This document shows, piece after piece, positions 1 to 12,928 of a DNA stretch of 64,000 nucleotides. Both the position numbers and the translations under genes were made by a program. The stretch's first letter is position 1, and every line of letters begins with the position of its first letter. Source of the stretch: Octopus sinensis (lineage: Eukaryota). The notes beneath the pieces were generated by a model. That model worked only from the letters and a program-made list of their open reading frames with translations, was not told where the DNA came from and made no database searches. Location: NCBI RefSeq assembly GCF_006345805.1, contig NC_043009.1:59210001-59274000 (forward strand), read 5' to 3'.

Positions 1-110
1 TTCAGTTATCGGCCATCGAAAACAAATGGTATCTGAAGAGATGGCAGCGTGGTTTCCGCCCCGATATCCGAAACTCGGAGTTTTATCATGGCTACCGAAT
101 AATTGTCACA

Positions 111-150
111 TATTATATTCACACACATATATATATATATATATATAATA

Positions 151-181
<31 letters not shown>

Positions 182-190
182 TATATATTA

Positions 191-252
<62 letters not shown>

Positions 253-358
253 GGGAAAATTCACGAAAAAAACACAGACGAAGACAGTTTTTTTGTTGAT
301 CAAAAGTTTTCTCCATTGTGTGTATACAAGTGGCCAACATGCTAGAAAAAGACGCCAA

Positions 359-421
<63 letters not shown>

Positions 422-430
422 GCACACAGA
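111..430. repeat. (TA)n/(CA)n microsatellite block
   Basis: Long TA runs at about 125-250 and 365-412 with CA/TG flanks. Confidence 0.95.
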
Positions 431-1136
431 GAGTGGAGGAAAGGGAGCACTAGATAGACAGACTTAAATTGGAGGGTATATATATATAGGTATAAATATA
501 CATAAATCCATGCATGTACGTAAGCCTACCTACATACGTACACATCAACATCTCCACCACACTTAATAATGATAGCAGCGACTGTGAGCCAAGGAGGTAA
601 CGTTTAGGTTAAACAATTGATCTGCTAGAAATAGATATCAAATCTTCCGTAAATCATATCCTGCCCTTTTAAAAATGGGACACTGAATATTGTTAGTTAT
701 ACTGCCTGAAATAAAGAGGCAAATGACATGGCTGGAAGCTTCTGATCATAAATCTGGTCACTTGGTGTTCGCTTGAAACTATTAATCAGAACGTGGCACA
801 AATATTTTTTTTTAAATAGGTGAAATGAAAAATCCGCTGCGGAAACATATTACGTTTCCAGTGAGCCGTAATGTGCACAGGCTTGTCTAAAACTGAATAA
901 ATTGACTAATGAAATAGAGAGACATAGCTGCATGTCAGTAAAGAACGAGGGATATTAATCTCAACAGAGTTATGTGAAGGAATAGGAGAAAAACTTAACG
1001 TTCACATGTATGCCTCACATGTTAAATCCTGAAAAAAGAACGTGGAGAAAAGAATTTGAGGATTTAATTAAAATCATTTTCATGTTGATTTTGTTCACGT
1101 CTAACTGCTTTGTCAGCCGGAACGGAGCAGATCTAT

Positions 1137-1200
1137 GATCAAAGGAATTAAAGGATCAAAGGAATTAAAGGATCAAAGGAATTAATGGATCAAAGGAATC
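1137..1200. repeat. 17-bp tandem repeat (gatcaaaggaattaaag) x ~3.8 inside an old dispersed repeat
   Basis: Units start at 1137, 1154, 1171 and 1188. Confidence 0.85.
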
Positions 1201-1499
1201 AAACTGCGTCTGTACAATCCTTATTCACGTATTGCTTACCTGAGACTGCGATATGTAGTGTATTCATTTGTTGAAGACAGTTAAGAGTGATTTCAGGAAA
1301 ATGTAGCTGTTATTTCTGGCAGGCCATAGAATTATGTAAACGTTCTGTCATTAGATCGTTCTTAAAGAGATTCATCCTCACGTAAACCAAATGAGGTGAA
1401 TACTCGCTTTTGATATTATTTTTCTCCTTTAAGCAAACAAACGGACATTACTACAGCTGTTTGCATTTTTGACGTGCAGACGTTAATGGATGAGTATAG

Positions 1500-1762
1500 C
1501 GACAGAATAATTGCGATGTTCCGATCAATGTTTGGAAGAACTAACACGCAACTAGACTTAACATCATCACCTGGTCTTTGGGTGTCTTTTAGTTGAGTTT
1601 GACACTGTTTTGAATACATAGACCATCGCCCAGAATAATTGTGATTTTTCAAAACAATGTTTGGTAGTCTAACACGCAAACAGATTTCGCATCATCACCT
1701 AGCCTTTGGATGTATCTTAGTTGAGTTTGAAAACTTTTTTTAAGTATGCAGACCATCGCCCC
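1500..1762. repeat. Diverged ~135-bp tandem duplication
   Basis: cagaataattg..aatgtttgg..ctaacacgcaa and catcatcacct..ttagttgagttt..agaccatcgccc each occur twice about 135 bp apart. Confidence 0.75.
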
Positions 1763-1922
1763 CAACCACTTTTCCCCTTCTCAAAATTCTTTTGAACAAA
1801 ACTTTGAGCTGAACATCATCTTCATTAATTTCATCAATCTGAGAAGTCTAGCAACAGTCATGAACTGTGCTTTTTCTCTTTTCCTATTTCTTCTTACGAA
1901 TACATTTTTAAAAAATACGGAA

Positions 1923-2312
1923 TACTCTTTTCTACTCTAGGCACAAGGCCCGACATTTTTTACGGAGTGAGCCAGTCAATTAGATCGACCCCAGTGCGAA
2001 ACTGATACTTAATTTATCGACCCCGAAAGGGTGAAAGGCAAAGTCGACCTCGGCAGAATTTGAACTCAGAACGTAGCGGCAGACGAAATACCTATTTCTT
2101 TATTACCCACAAGGGGCTAAACATAGAGGGGACAAAGAAGGACAGACATAGGTATTAAGTCGATTACATCGACCACCGTGCGTAACTGATACTTATTTAA
2201 TCGACCCCGAAAGGATGAAAGGCAAAGTCGACCTCGGCTTAGTTTGAACTCAGAACGTAGCGGCAGACGAAATATTGCTAAGCATTCCGCCCGGCGTGCT
2301 AAAGTTTCTGCC
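1923..2312 (-). mobile_element. SINE family A (tRNA-derived): head + body + linker + body + canonical tail
   Basis: On the minus strand: head tggcagaaac..., B-box gagttcaaa.t.c, body ...ggggtcgat...aatcgact, a ~70-bp linker, a second body, then the tail cttgtgcctagagtagaaaagagta. Confidence 0.85.
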
Positions 2313-2569
2313 ACATAAACACAATACTGCGATAGATAAACCGTTTATTTGTTGCGTGTCATGTATTTTGTGATCCTCAAGAAATAATAAAAAGAAAATA
2401 AACAGGGTCCGATTAAGACTGAGGCCCCCTGGCCTAATAGGTCTTGGAGAACTGTACGATTTTCCGTATGTTATTTGCATGTTACAGTTATTAAAACGAA
2501 AAGCTGAAAACAATAAAAAATGTGCATTGTAAAAACAAATAAAATGTAAATAATCCTGAAATTGTTAGG

Positions 2570-3452
2570 GTAGGGAGTGGTCGATTACATCGACCCTAGT
2601 GCGCAATAGGTAGTTAATTTATCGACTCCAAAAGGAAGTTGAACTCAGAACGTAACGACGCGGAAAATACCTATTTCTTTATTACCCACAAGGGGCTAAA
2701 CACAGAGGGAACAAACAAGGACAGACATAGGTATTAAGTCGATTACATCGACCCCAGTTCGTAACTGGTACTTAATTGATCGACCCCGAAAGGATGAAAG
2801 GCAAAGTCGACCTCGGCGGAATTTGAACTCAGAACGTAACGGCAGACGAATACCTATTTCTTTATTACCCACAAGGGGCTAAACACAGAGGGAACAAACA
2901 AGGACAGACATAGGTATTAAGTCGATTACATCGACCCCAGTTCGTAACTGGTACTTAATTTATCGACCCCGAAAGGATGAAAGGCAAAGTCGACCTCGGC
3001 GGAATTTGAACTCAGAACGTAACGGCAGACGAATACCTATTTCTTTATTACCCACAAGGGGCTAAACATAGAGGGAACAAACAAGGACAGACATAGGTAT
3101 TAAGTCGATTACATCGACCCCAGTTCGTAACTGGTACTTAATTTATCGACCCCGAAAGGATGAAAGGCAAAGTCGACCTCGGCGGAATTTGAACTCAGAA
3201 CGTAACGGCAGACGAATACCTATTTCTTTATTACCCACAAGGGGCTAAACATAGAGGGAACAAACAAGGACAGACATAGGTATTAAGTCGATTACATCGA
3301 CCCCAGTGCGTAACTGGTACTTAATTTATCGACCCCCGAAATCATGAAAGGCAAAGTCGACCTCGGTGGAATTTGAACTCAGAACGTAACGGCAGACGAA
3401 ATACGGCTAATCATTTCGTCCAGCGTGCAAACGATTCTGACAGCTCAGCGTC
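2570..3452 (-). mobile_element. SINE family A tandem array, 183-bp period, ~4.5 units
   Basis: The motif tacctatttc recurs at 2668, 2851, 3034 and 3217. A single head lies at about 3400-3452. Confidence 0.9.
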
Positions 3453-3769
3453 ATAAGCTTTTTAAGTAATCTAAATACAAAAAGCATTAATAATTTCAAA
3501 TCAATTTTGTTATTTCATTTTGTTTTATTCCATAACCTTTATTACTGACATTGCTTCGATAACTTCTGACATATCTATGTTGTTTGGTACATTTGTTAGG
3601 ATAATGCACAGCTGTTGATTTCCCTCTCTTATTATATCAGATGACAACGTACGCTCGACATATGCTAAGCATATAATTTGGGACGATGATGACGTCAGAA
3701 ATAGCCAGAGCTATCACAAATACATATTTTTTTGCAAAAGGGTCAATGTCAAAAAACTAGAATCCGATG

Positions 3770-3845
3770 ATGGGGTTTCATGTAATCGACTAACCCCCTG
3801 CCACAAAATGTCGGTCCTTGTGCCTATAGTAGAAAGGATTATTCT
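3770..3845 (+). mobile_element. SINE family A 3' fragment with canonical tail
   Basis: atgtaatcgactaacc...gtccttgtgcctatagtagaaaggattatt. Confidence 0.7.
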
Positions 3846-3859
3846 TGTTTTTGGTGATG

Positions 3860-4215
3860 TCTTTGCAGCTGCTGCTGTTGTTGTTGTTGTTGTTAAGCAA
3901 CAAGACTGGTAAGGGTGATTAGGTGATGGTCTAGGGCTTAGGGGCGGGAGATCCGAGACCTTGGAAAAAAAAACTTTGGTCGTCTCGTTGCTGTCGAGGG
4001 CTCTTCGTTGACGCCCGACACCACTGGGAGGTGGCCCTCGAAGTCGGTGGAAATGGAGATCTCCAGGTCCAAATTCTTGGACGGCTGCTGCTGGTGCTGT
4101 TGGTGCTGGTGCCGTTGCAAATCATGGAGGCCTCAGCATTTCTTCTGGAATATTTAGATCCTGAGATCAAATTTCTTCTGGCTATTTAGACCCTGAGATC
4201 AAATTTCGTAGAGAT
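3860..4215 (-). other. GC-rich island with CAG/CAA tracts; possible decayed Q/H-rich coding fragment
   Basis: Minus frame reads LQRHQHQQHQQQPSKNLDLEISISTDFEGHLPVVSGVNEEPS, but it is flanked by stops and has no good splice sites. A 32-33-bp tandem duplication lies at 4138-4202. Confidence 0.25.
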
Positions 4216-4400
4216 CAATTTAGCTTTCATCCCACTGAAGTCAGTAAAATTATGTGCCAGCCAAATGGTGGTAAATAACTAAAAACTCCCTCTCCTCACC
4301 GAAGAAACATTGTCACTACAGAGTGTCTGATAATAGTAATAAACCCCTGTAGTGAGTGTTATAGCGCACTAATTTCAAATGACGTTGGAGTCAACTTTAG

Positions 4401-4850
4401 CGACCCCGAAAGGATGAATGGTAAAGTCGACCTCGGGGGAGTTTGAACTCGGAAGGGAACGGCGGGCGAAATACCTATTTCTTTACTACCTACAAGGGGC
4501 TAAACACCGAGGGGACGGACAACTACAGACAAACGGATTAAGTCGATTACATCGACCCCAGTGCTTAACTGGTACTTAATTTATCGACCCCGAAAGGATG
4601 AAAGGCAAAGTCGACCTCGGCGGAATTTGAACTCAGAACGTAGCGGCAGACGAAAAACCTATTTCTTTACTACCCACAAGGGGCTAAACTCAGAGAGGAC
4701 AAACAACAACAGACAAACGGATTAAGTCCTTTCGAAAGGATGAAAGGCAAAGTTGACCTCGGCGGAATTTGAACTCAGAACGTAGCGGCAGACGAAAGAT
4801 CGCTAAGCATTTCGCCTGGCGTGCTAACGACTCTGCCAGCTCGCCCCCTT
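4401..4850 (-). mobile_element. SINE family A array (~2.5 units, one internally deleted)
   Basis: Same head/body/linker. Head ...ctgccagctcgccccctt ends at 4850. Confidence 0.85.
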
Positions 4851-5076
4851 CTGAACGAAGTATTATTGTTGCTCTATAATGATCAATGTTTACAATTCGT
4901 TGTTGTAATTTTATTTCCTTGTTTACTATATACATAGAAACGCTTTTAAGAAATCTTTTTGTTCTTTTAAATAAAGGTCATGATATATTTTATTACTGGT
5001 ACCAATCCTTCTCTCTACCTCTGTTTCCTTAGGCATTCACACACACAGACCCACACAAATACCACAAAACATGCAC

Positions 5077-5077
<1 letters not shown>

Positions 5078-5133
<56 letters not shown>

Positions 5134-5134
5134 C

Positions 5135-5216
<82 letters not shown>
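5078..5216. repeat. (GATA)n microsatellite
   Basis: Near-perfect AGAT run. Confidence 0.95.
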
Positions 5217-5504
5217 GCAGGCAACAAAGAAACAGACAATCAGGTAGGCAGAGAAGAGAGAGATTTTTTAAAAGCTATGTGGAAAGTTGCTAAAATGTGC
5301 AGTCGGCTTTATAGAAATGAAAAAAATATGAGACGTTAATCAAGTTTCCGTCTTCAAAATAATTTTAGTTTTGCTCATAAATATTTAAAATATGTCTAGC
5401 AACTTACATTGTGTTTCTTTCTACTTCAGCAGGCTATGTTAAAACCGAATATTTTTTATGAGGATTGATAAATTTAGGGAGAAAAACTTCATATATGTAT
5501 GTGT

Positions 5505-5546
<42 letters not shown>

Positions 5547-5804
5547 CGAAACAGGGACAACTGAAGAAGGGGTATATTCCTTGTGTTGTTTGTCTTGTAC
5601 TGTTTTTTGTTGTTTGAAAAAAAGTTCGTTTCCATGATCTTGTTTTTATGTTTTCGTTTCTCGTCGTGTTCAACGTTTTTTGATGTTCTGTGCCCATATA
5701 TGCATGTATATATACATATAGATGTAGGTATGTACATATGCATATATTCATTTATTATTTATATTATTATATGATCGAACGCCACGCATCCTTTTCCAAG
5801 TAAC

Positions 5805-5849
<45 letters not shown>

Positions 5850-6047
5850 TATGTATCATTGCGTCTGTGTTTGTCCCCCGTCTCCTCTCGATAATCCGTG
5901 TTAGTGTGTCTACGTCCTCGTAAATTCACGATTCGGCAAAATGGCCCGTTAGGTAAGTCCTGGGGCTGACATTTTTCGACTAAAACCTTTCAAGATGGTG
6001 CCCCAACATGGTTGCTGTGAAATTTAAGTGAAACACCTAAGAGTAAA

Positions 6048-6376
6048 AACACCCTTCGGTCATGAATGACCATGGGATTGCACCAAGAAAGTTCTCTTCC
6101 GCGGTACAAGTCCGGGAAAGCCTAGGCTGTTTATGAAGACCAGTAGTCACCCATGCATGCCAGCATCCGCTCTCCGATGTTTATCCAAGTCAAAGGCAAT
6201 GGCCGATGCAGCTTGGCACCAGTGATGTTGCAGTTGTTGTTCTGCAACTGAGTAAAGTGGAGCAACGCGAAAATAAAGTGTTTTGTGCAAGAACGCAACA
6301 CACAGTCCTGTCCAGGAAACAAACTCACTGCTTCATGATTGTGAGCTGGACGCTCTACCAACTGAGCCACCGAGAC
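6048..6376 (-). mobile_element. SINE family B (tRNA head + CORE-like central domain)
   Basis: Minus strand: ggtggctcagttggtagagcg (A-box), then ttcttgcacaaaacactttat..gttgctcca and cactggtgccaagctg, as in the other family-B copies. Confidence 0.8.
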
Positions 6377-6404
6377 AAGTAAAAATCAAACATAAAAGTT
6401 ATGT

Positions 6405-7072
6405 TTATTATTTCTTTATTGCCCACAAGTGGCTAAACATAGAGGGGACAAACAAGGACAGACAAACAGATTATGTCGATTACATCGACACCAGTGCGTA
6501 ACTGGTACTTACTTAATCGACCCCGAAAGGATGAAAGGCAAAGTCGACCTCGGCGGAATTTGAACTCAGAACGTAGCGGTTGACGAAATACCTATTTCTT
6601 TACTACCTACGAGGGGCTAAACACAGAGAGGGGGCAAACAAGGACAGATAAACGAATTAAGTCGATTACATCGACCCCAGTGCATAACTGATACTTATTT
6701 AATCGACCCCGAAAGGATTAAAGGCAAAGTCGACCTCAGCGGATTTTGAACTCAGAACATAGCGGCAGGCGGAATACCTATTTCTATTTCTTTACTACCC
6801 ACAAGGGGCTAAACACAGAGAGGACAAACAAGGACAGATAAACGGATTAAGTCGATTACATCGACCCAGTGCATAACTGGTACTAATTTAATGGACCCCG
6901 AAAGGATGAAAGACAAAGTCGACCTCAGCGGAATTTGAACTCAGAACGTAGCGGCAGACGAAATACCGCTAAGCATTTCGCCCGGCGTGTTAACGTTTCT
7001 GCCAGCTTACCGCCTTTGAACTCAGATCGTAAAGACAGAATGCCCCAAAGCATTCTGCCAGTTCGCCGCCTT
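6405..7072 (-). mobile_element. SINE family A array (~3 units) plus an extra head fragment
   Basis: Repeated body and linker. The array ends at the linker end (tttctttatt on the + strand). Confidence 0.85.
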
Positions 7073-8323
7073 GATAAAAGATATGTTTGTGATGCGAAAC
7101 TCTTTACCTCGAGGTCACGCGCTTCTATTGACTGTCCTTGGAAAGAGTAATAAATGCAAAGTGCTGTTGTTATATAGTCGTTTAATATTCATATCCTGAA
7201 ACTTCGACAACATTTGATACAAGCAACAATTGTATAGACTTGAGAGATATGACAAAACGACTTGGAATAATCTATCCTTGAAGCAACAACGACAATCGCG
7301 TTCACCACCGCCCCCCCACCACCACCACTGCATCCACCACTTCTCATGTCCCACCGATTTTTCAGCTTTGTTGTTCGACAGGAAACCCCGCTGAAAAAAA
7401 TATAATACTTCGAAAGTTTCCTACATGATTTTTCGCTTTTATTTGTCGTTCTTCCAAATATTTTTACAGTCAATAAAATGATTCTACACACATACATAAC
7501 AACAACAAAAATAATAATAAATAAAGGAAGAACAAGAACTGGTAATAAACAAATCTAGGCTGTTAAGCAAAATTACTATTTTCCATGTTTCAACCACATT
7601 TTCACAATATTCACAATTTCTCGGCAGGCGTTTAAGGATTCATATAAGCTGTCTTAACTTTACACAATACTTGACGAAAAAACGATGTCATTTTCAATAC
7701 TTTGAGTAGTTTTCTTTATTACTATATATATTTTCAATCAAATACCTTCCTGTCTTCGGAATATTTTGTAATTTTTCAACAAATATTTATGTATCCCCAC
7801 TTTTCAACAAAAAGAGTTTTTTAAAAATCAATAATTTTGGTAAATTTCATCAACGTTTTAGCTTTTTATTTAATACGGTTATTATATTTTGGAATGCGTT
7901 TTAGATTTAAATTTTGTTTTACATTAATCGGATATGCATTTATGTTTCTTTAAGGAATTTAGTCAATTAAATCAGCCTTAGTACCTGGCTGGTACACATT
8001 TAACTTTTCACGGATAAATGAAAAGCAAATTTTTCTGCCAACTAAAATGATAGTACTTTGACAGAAGCGCCAATAAATTACAAAAACAGTAACGTTTTTA
8101 CATAACGAAAACTGACATCAAACATTACGTTACGATTTAATAATGGATTTCTATGAAAAAAAAACGTAGACTTCTGACTGTAATTTTTTTTACATCGCGC
8201 TAGTGTAGCTAAACGAGGTGGACTCTATACTCTCGGATTGCTGGAAATAGCAACCACTTCCCTGCAATCAGAAATTACTATCATAAAATCAGAATGATGC
8301 GGATGATAGTTCAAAGGATAAAA

Positions 8324-8835
8324 TCTATATATATAAAACTGTAGTTGTGTGAGTGTCTGTCCCCTTCGATTTAGATTCCTAACTACTCCCACATTTTGCG
8401 GTGCAGTTTAACCAAATTCGGGTATCTTATAGTCGTGATTCATATCGAGCCCGTCTGAGTATTAGCGCGCGTCTACAATGAGACTACGATTTTAAAATAA
8501 TTTAACATAATTTTTTATTCCATTTTAATGCATAACTTTTCGTGTGTCGATGGCGGCGAAGTTGGCGTCCATGGTCACACCTGCACCTGTTTGCTTCTCC
8601 CCCTTCTTCCCTCCCTCGTGAAGCTGTGGAGAAGGGAGTGTAAGGAAATCAACGTCGTAAAGCGTTGTCAAGGAGACCAGTGTTCTTCTAGAACAACGAC
8701 TTCATGGCTTGAAGACACCAAAACAGAAATGGCTAAGAAAGCCCGAATTGGCATCTATAAGGGAAGTAACTCTCTAAAAATGCTTATATAGTTATTTCCC
8801 TTACAAACCCGAGCAACGCCGGGCGATACTGCTAG
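8324..8835 (+). mobile_element. Non-autonomous Helitron (~512 bp)
   Basis: 5' TCtatatatataaaa preceded by A. 3' GC hairpin cccgagcaacgccggg (8808-8823) followed 8 nt later by CTAG, then T. This is the canonical A|TC...CTRR|T Helitron signature with no TSD. Confidence 0.85.
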
Positions 8836-8974
8836 TATGTCATAAAATCGACGAGGATATGATGATGATGGTGACTTTAAGAAAACTTTTTCCCAAGACC
8901 TGCTCAGGTTAGGCTTGATTACAGGTGAAACAGCGGCTGAATAAACAACACAGAAACCAGAGCAAGTTGAAGGC

Positions 8975-9150
8975 ATCATTGTTACTCCTGTTTCAGTGAT
9001 TCGATTGTGGTCATGCTGGGGCACCGCGTTATTAGTGAAACGAATCGATCCCCAGAAATTATAGCGTCACCTGGTACTTATCTATTGGTCTGTTTTGACG
9101 AACTGCTAAGTTACGGGGACTTAAGGAAACCAGCAACCGATTGTCAAACA
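8975..9150 (-). mobile_element. SINE family C, degenerate 3' part
   Basis: Matches the family-C 3' half (catgctggggcaccgc, gctaagttacggggac). Confidence 0.65.
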
Positions 9151-9159
9151 CGGGCACGC

Positions 9160-9314
9160 GCACGCACACACACAAACACTCACACATGCATGCATGTATG
9201 TATGTATGTATGTATGTATATATGCATGTATATATATATATATATGTATGTGTGTATGTATATATGCATGTATATATATATATATATATGTATGTGTGTA
9301 TGTATATATGCATG

Positions 9315-9345
<31 letters not shown>

Positions 9346-9407
9346 ATGTATATATGCATGTATAATATATATATAATATTATGTATGTGTGTATGTATAT
9401 ATGCATG

Positions 9408-9444
<37 letters not shown>

Positions 9445-9621
9445 ATTGTATATATGCATGTATATATATATATATTTATATAATATATATATATAGATAT
9501 ATATATATAATATGTATGTGTTATGTATATATGCAATGTATATATATATATATATATTATATATAATATAATATTATTATATTATTGTATGTGTGTATGT
9601 ATATATGCATGTTATATATAT

Positions 9622-9679
<58 letters not shown>

Positions 9680-9700
9680 ATGTATGTACGTATGCATGTA
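9160..9700. repeat. Compound TA/TG/TATG minisatellite (~35-45-bp unit with variable TA)
   Basis: Recurrent gcatgtata(ta)n tgtatgtgtgtatgtatatat. Confidence 0.9.
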
Positions 9701-9702
9701 TG

Positions 9703-10225
9703 AGTCAGGTCACTTTCGAGTGCTACTGGTAACATGTAACCCAGCATGGTCGGGTCGCCTGCGACTAAACCGGCAATCCACCAAGCTTGCTTGCTTGGTG
9801 CGGGGGGTGTTTATTGGACACCCTGCGGGATGAAAAACGAAACCCGTCAACGGCCATCCAATAAATGTCTCAAGGTTGTATCATGCGCAGGGACATAGAA
9901 ATAATCGGACTGAATACCCGATCGGGCGGTTGAACCATTGTGAGTGAAGGACTCCTAGCCTTTGTTAGGGCATCCTTCTAGGAGAAGGTAACTCAGGTAA
10001 CTGGGATAACACCGACATAAAACCTGCGGCTCAGTGGTTACCGATGATCTTGACTTGTTCTTCTTTTCAGATTATGGCTGTTGTTGCTTAGTGAGTAGGA
10101 TTGACTCAGTGCACAGCCTTTCCTCACTTTAAGAGAAAATCTTCTTGCACAGGCATTGCACGATAACATCATTGATTAAGCTTCGTGCGATGGCCATACT
10201 CGAAAACGAGGGGGCAGCCACCATG
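9703..10225 (+). mobile_element. ~520-bp GC-balanced insertion within (TATG)n, probably a non-autonomous retroelement
   Basis: Unique 48-50% GC block bounded on both sides by tatg/catg repeats. It contains ctaggagaaggtaactc, reminiscent of RTE-clade 5' UTRs (recalled, not verified). No ORF. Confidence 0.45.
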
Positions 10226-10324
10226 TATGTATGCATGTATGTATAACAGGTACTACTCAGGAATAAGTGGTTTGTGGGAAAAACACTTGTTGCATATGGG
10301 TGAATGATTACAGGATCATTAGTG

Positions 10325-10580
10325 GTATGATGATGAGGAGGAGGTCGAAGGGAAAGAGGAGGAGGTTAAAGAGAAGGAGGAGGTGGAGAAAGGAGGAGGT
10401 GGAGAAAGGAGAATGTAATGGTGGTGGTGATGGTGATGGTGATGGTGATGGTGATGGTGATGGTGGTGGTGGTGGTGAATGACGAGGGTAATTACAATAA
10501 GACGGTGGAGGGAATAGAGAAAGTTCAGATGGGCGGCAGTGGTGGTGGTGGAGGTGGTGGTGGTGGTGGTTGATGACGAA
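10325..10580. repeat. GAG/GGT/GAT trinucleotide block
   Basis: Directly visible. Confidence 0.9.
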
Positions 10581-10777
10581 GACAATTACGATAGGAAGGT
10601 TGGAGGGATGGGAGAAATTTCGGATGCTTGTAGTTTGTGCTTTGGCTCATCAAACGTAATGAAAATACGCAGTTTCAATCGAAGCTTCTGGCGATATCAA
10701 TGTGTTTTAAGCAGCGCAACAAACGAAGACGATGAAGGGGGTGTAGTCGGAGGAGAAAATATACAGGAGGGGAATTG

Positions 10778-11176
10778 TGTATATATATATATATATATAG
10801 GCATATGTATAAATACACAATATATATATATAATATATATATATATATACATGCATATGTATAAATACACAATATATATATATATATACGCATATGTATA
10901 AATACACAATATAATATATATATACGCATATGTATAAATACACAATATATATATATATATACGCATATGTATAAATACACAATATATATATATATATACG
11001 CATATGTATAAATACACAATATATAATATATATACGCATATGTATAAATACACAATATATATATATATACGCATATGTATAAATACACAATATATATATA
11101 TATACGCATATGTATAAATACACAATATATATATATATACGCATATGTATAAATACACAATATATATATATATATA
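10778..11176. repeat. Minisatellite: core acgcatatgtataaatacacaat + variable (AT)n, ~10 copies
   Basis: The invariant core repeats about every 38-42 bp. Confidence 0.9.
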
Positions 11177-11343
11177 TGGGGAGGGGGTTGGGTGTATGTG
11201 CGTGTGTGTGTATATGTGTGCGTATGTGTATGTATGCATGAGAGCATTATGTAAATAGTTAAGAAATATGCATGTATAAAATACGTCATGTGAATGTATA
11301 TATATAGAGAGAAAGAGTGAGAATGAGTGTGTGTGTGTGACAC

Positions 11344-11374
<31 letters not shown>

Positions 11375-11489
11375 GGGAAGAAATAAACCGATTTACGTAC
11401 GTGTGTATATGTATGTGTCCATAGTGTTGCATTAATATATCTCGCTACCGGACCAACTTGTGTCTAAAATTAATTATATGAATATGCAA

Positions 11490-12150
<661 letters not shown>

Positions 12151-12369
12151 GTGTGTTTGAGTGCGTATATAGAAATACAGGTGATACGACTGAGTGTAGA
12201 TATAAAATAGCTTGGATGATGTGGTGCAGGAAAAATGCTGATCTATGCGGATTATGAGGAGGCTTATGTTATTGTTAATGATGATAATGAGAATAATTTC
12301 GAATCTATTAGCGATCGCTTTGACGATGGCCATGTTTACGACGAAAGCCAATAAGGTTGATTGTGACGT

Positions 12370-12429
12370 CAATGATGATATTTAATGATTCTGATGATGC
12401 TTGACGATAAGGATGACGACGACGACGAC

Positions 12430-12473
<44 letters not shown>

Positions 12474-12801
12474 GATGATGATAGTGATGGTGATGATGAT
12501 GATGATGGTGATGATGACGATGATGATGATGATGATGATGATGGTGATGATGGTGGTGATGATGATGATAATGATGATGGTGGTGGTGGTGGTGGTGGTG
12601 GTGGTGGCGCTGGTGGTGGTGGTACTGCTGCTACAGCTGATGGTGGTGCTGGTGTTGCTGGTGGCGCTAGTGTTGGTTCTGGTGCTGATGGAAAAGGTGG
12701 TAGTGTTTGTTGTTTGTGGTGATAGTAATGTCTATATGACGATGCTGCTGTTGATGATAATGATGACGACGATGACGACGACGATAATAATAATAATAAT
12801 A

Positions 12802-12832
<31 letters not shown>

Positions 12833-12926
12833 CAATGACGATGACGACGACGACGACGACGGCGGCGATGATGATGATGATGACGACGACGATGACGGTG
12901 ATGATGATGATGATGATGATATAATA
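12370..12926. repeat. (GAT)/(GGT)/(GAC)/(TAA) trinucleotide block
   Basis: Directly visible. It is the source of the poly-M/D/V/H ORFs. Confidence 0.95.
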
Positions 12927-12928
12927 AT

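Noticed and set aside
2117-2314. Recurrent ORFs of the type MAETLARRAECLAIFRLPLRSEFKFR (also 4690, 51233)
   Set aside because: These are translations of SINE family A, not genes.
2668-2740. Twister or hammerhead ribozyme in the SINE-A linker
   Set aside because: TAA and GAGGG occur, but not in the required order with P2/P4. There is no CTGANGA..GAAA on either strand.
2668-3400. 183-bp array as a CRISPR array or tRNA gene cluster
   Set aside because: The units are near-identical with no unique spacers and no cas genes. They contain a B-box but no full cloverleaf.
9703-9780. HDV-like ribozyme at the 5' end of the insertion
   Set aside because: P3/L3- and J4/2-like pieces can be drawn, but no P1 partner exists and L3 deviates from consensus.
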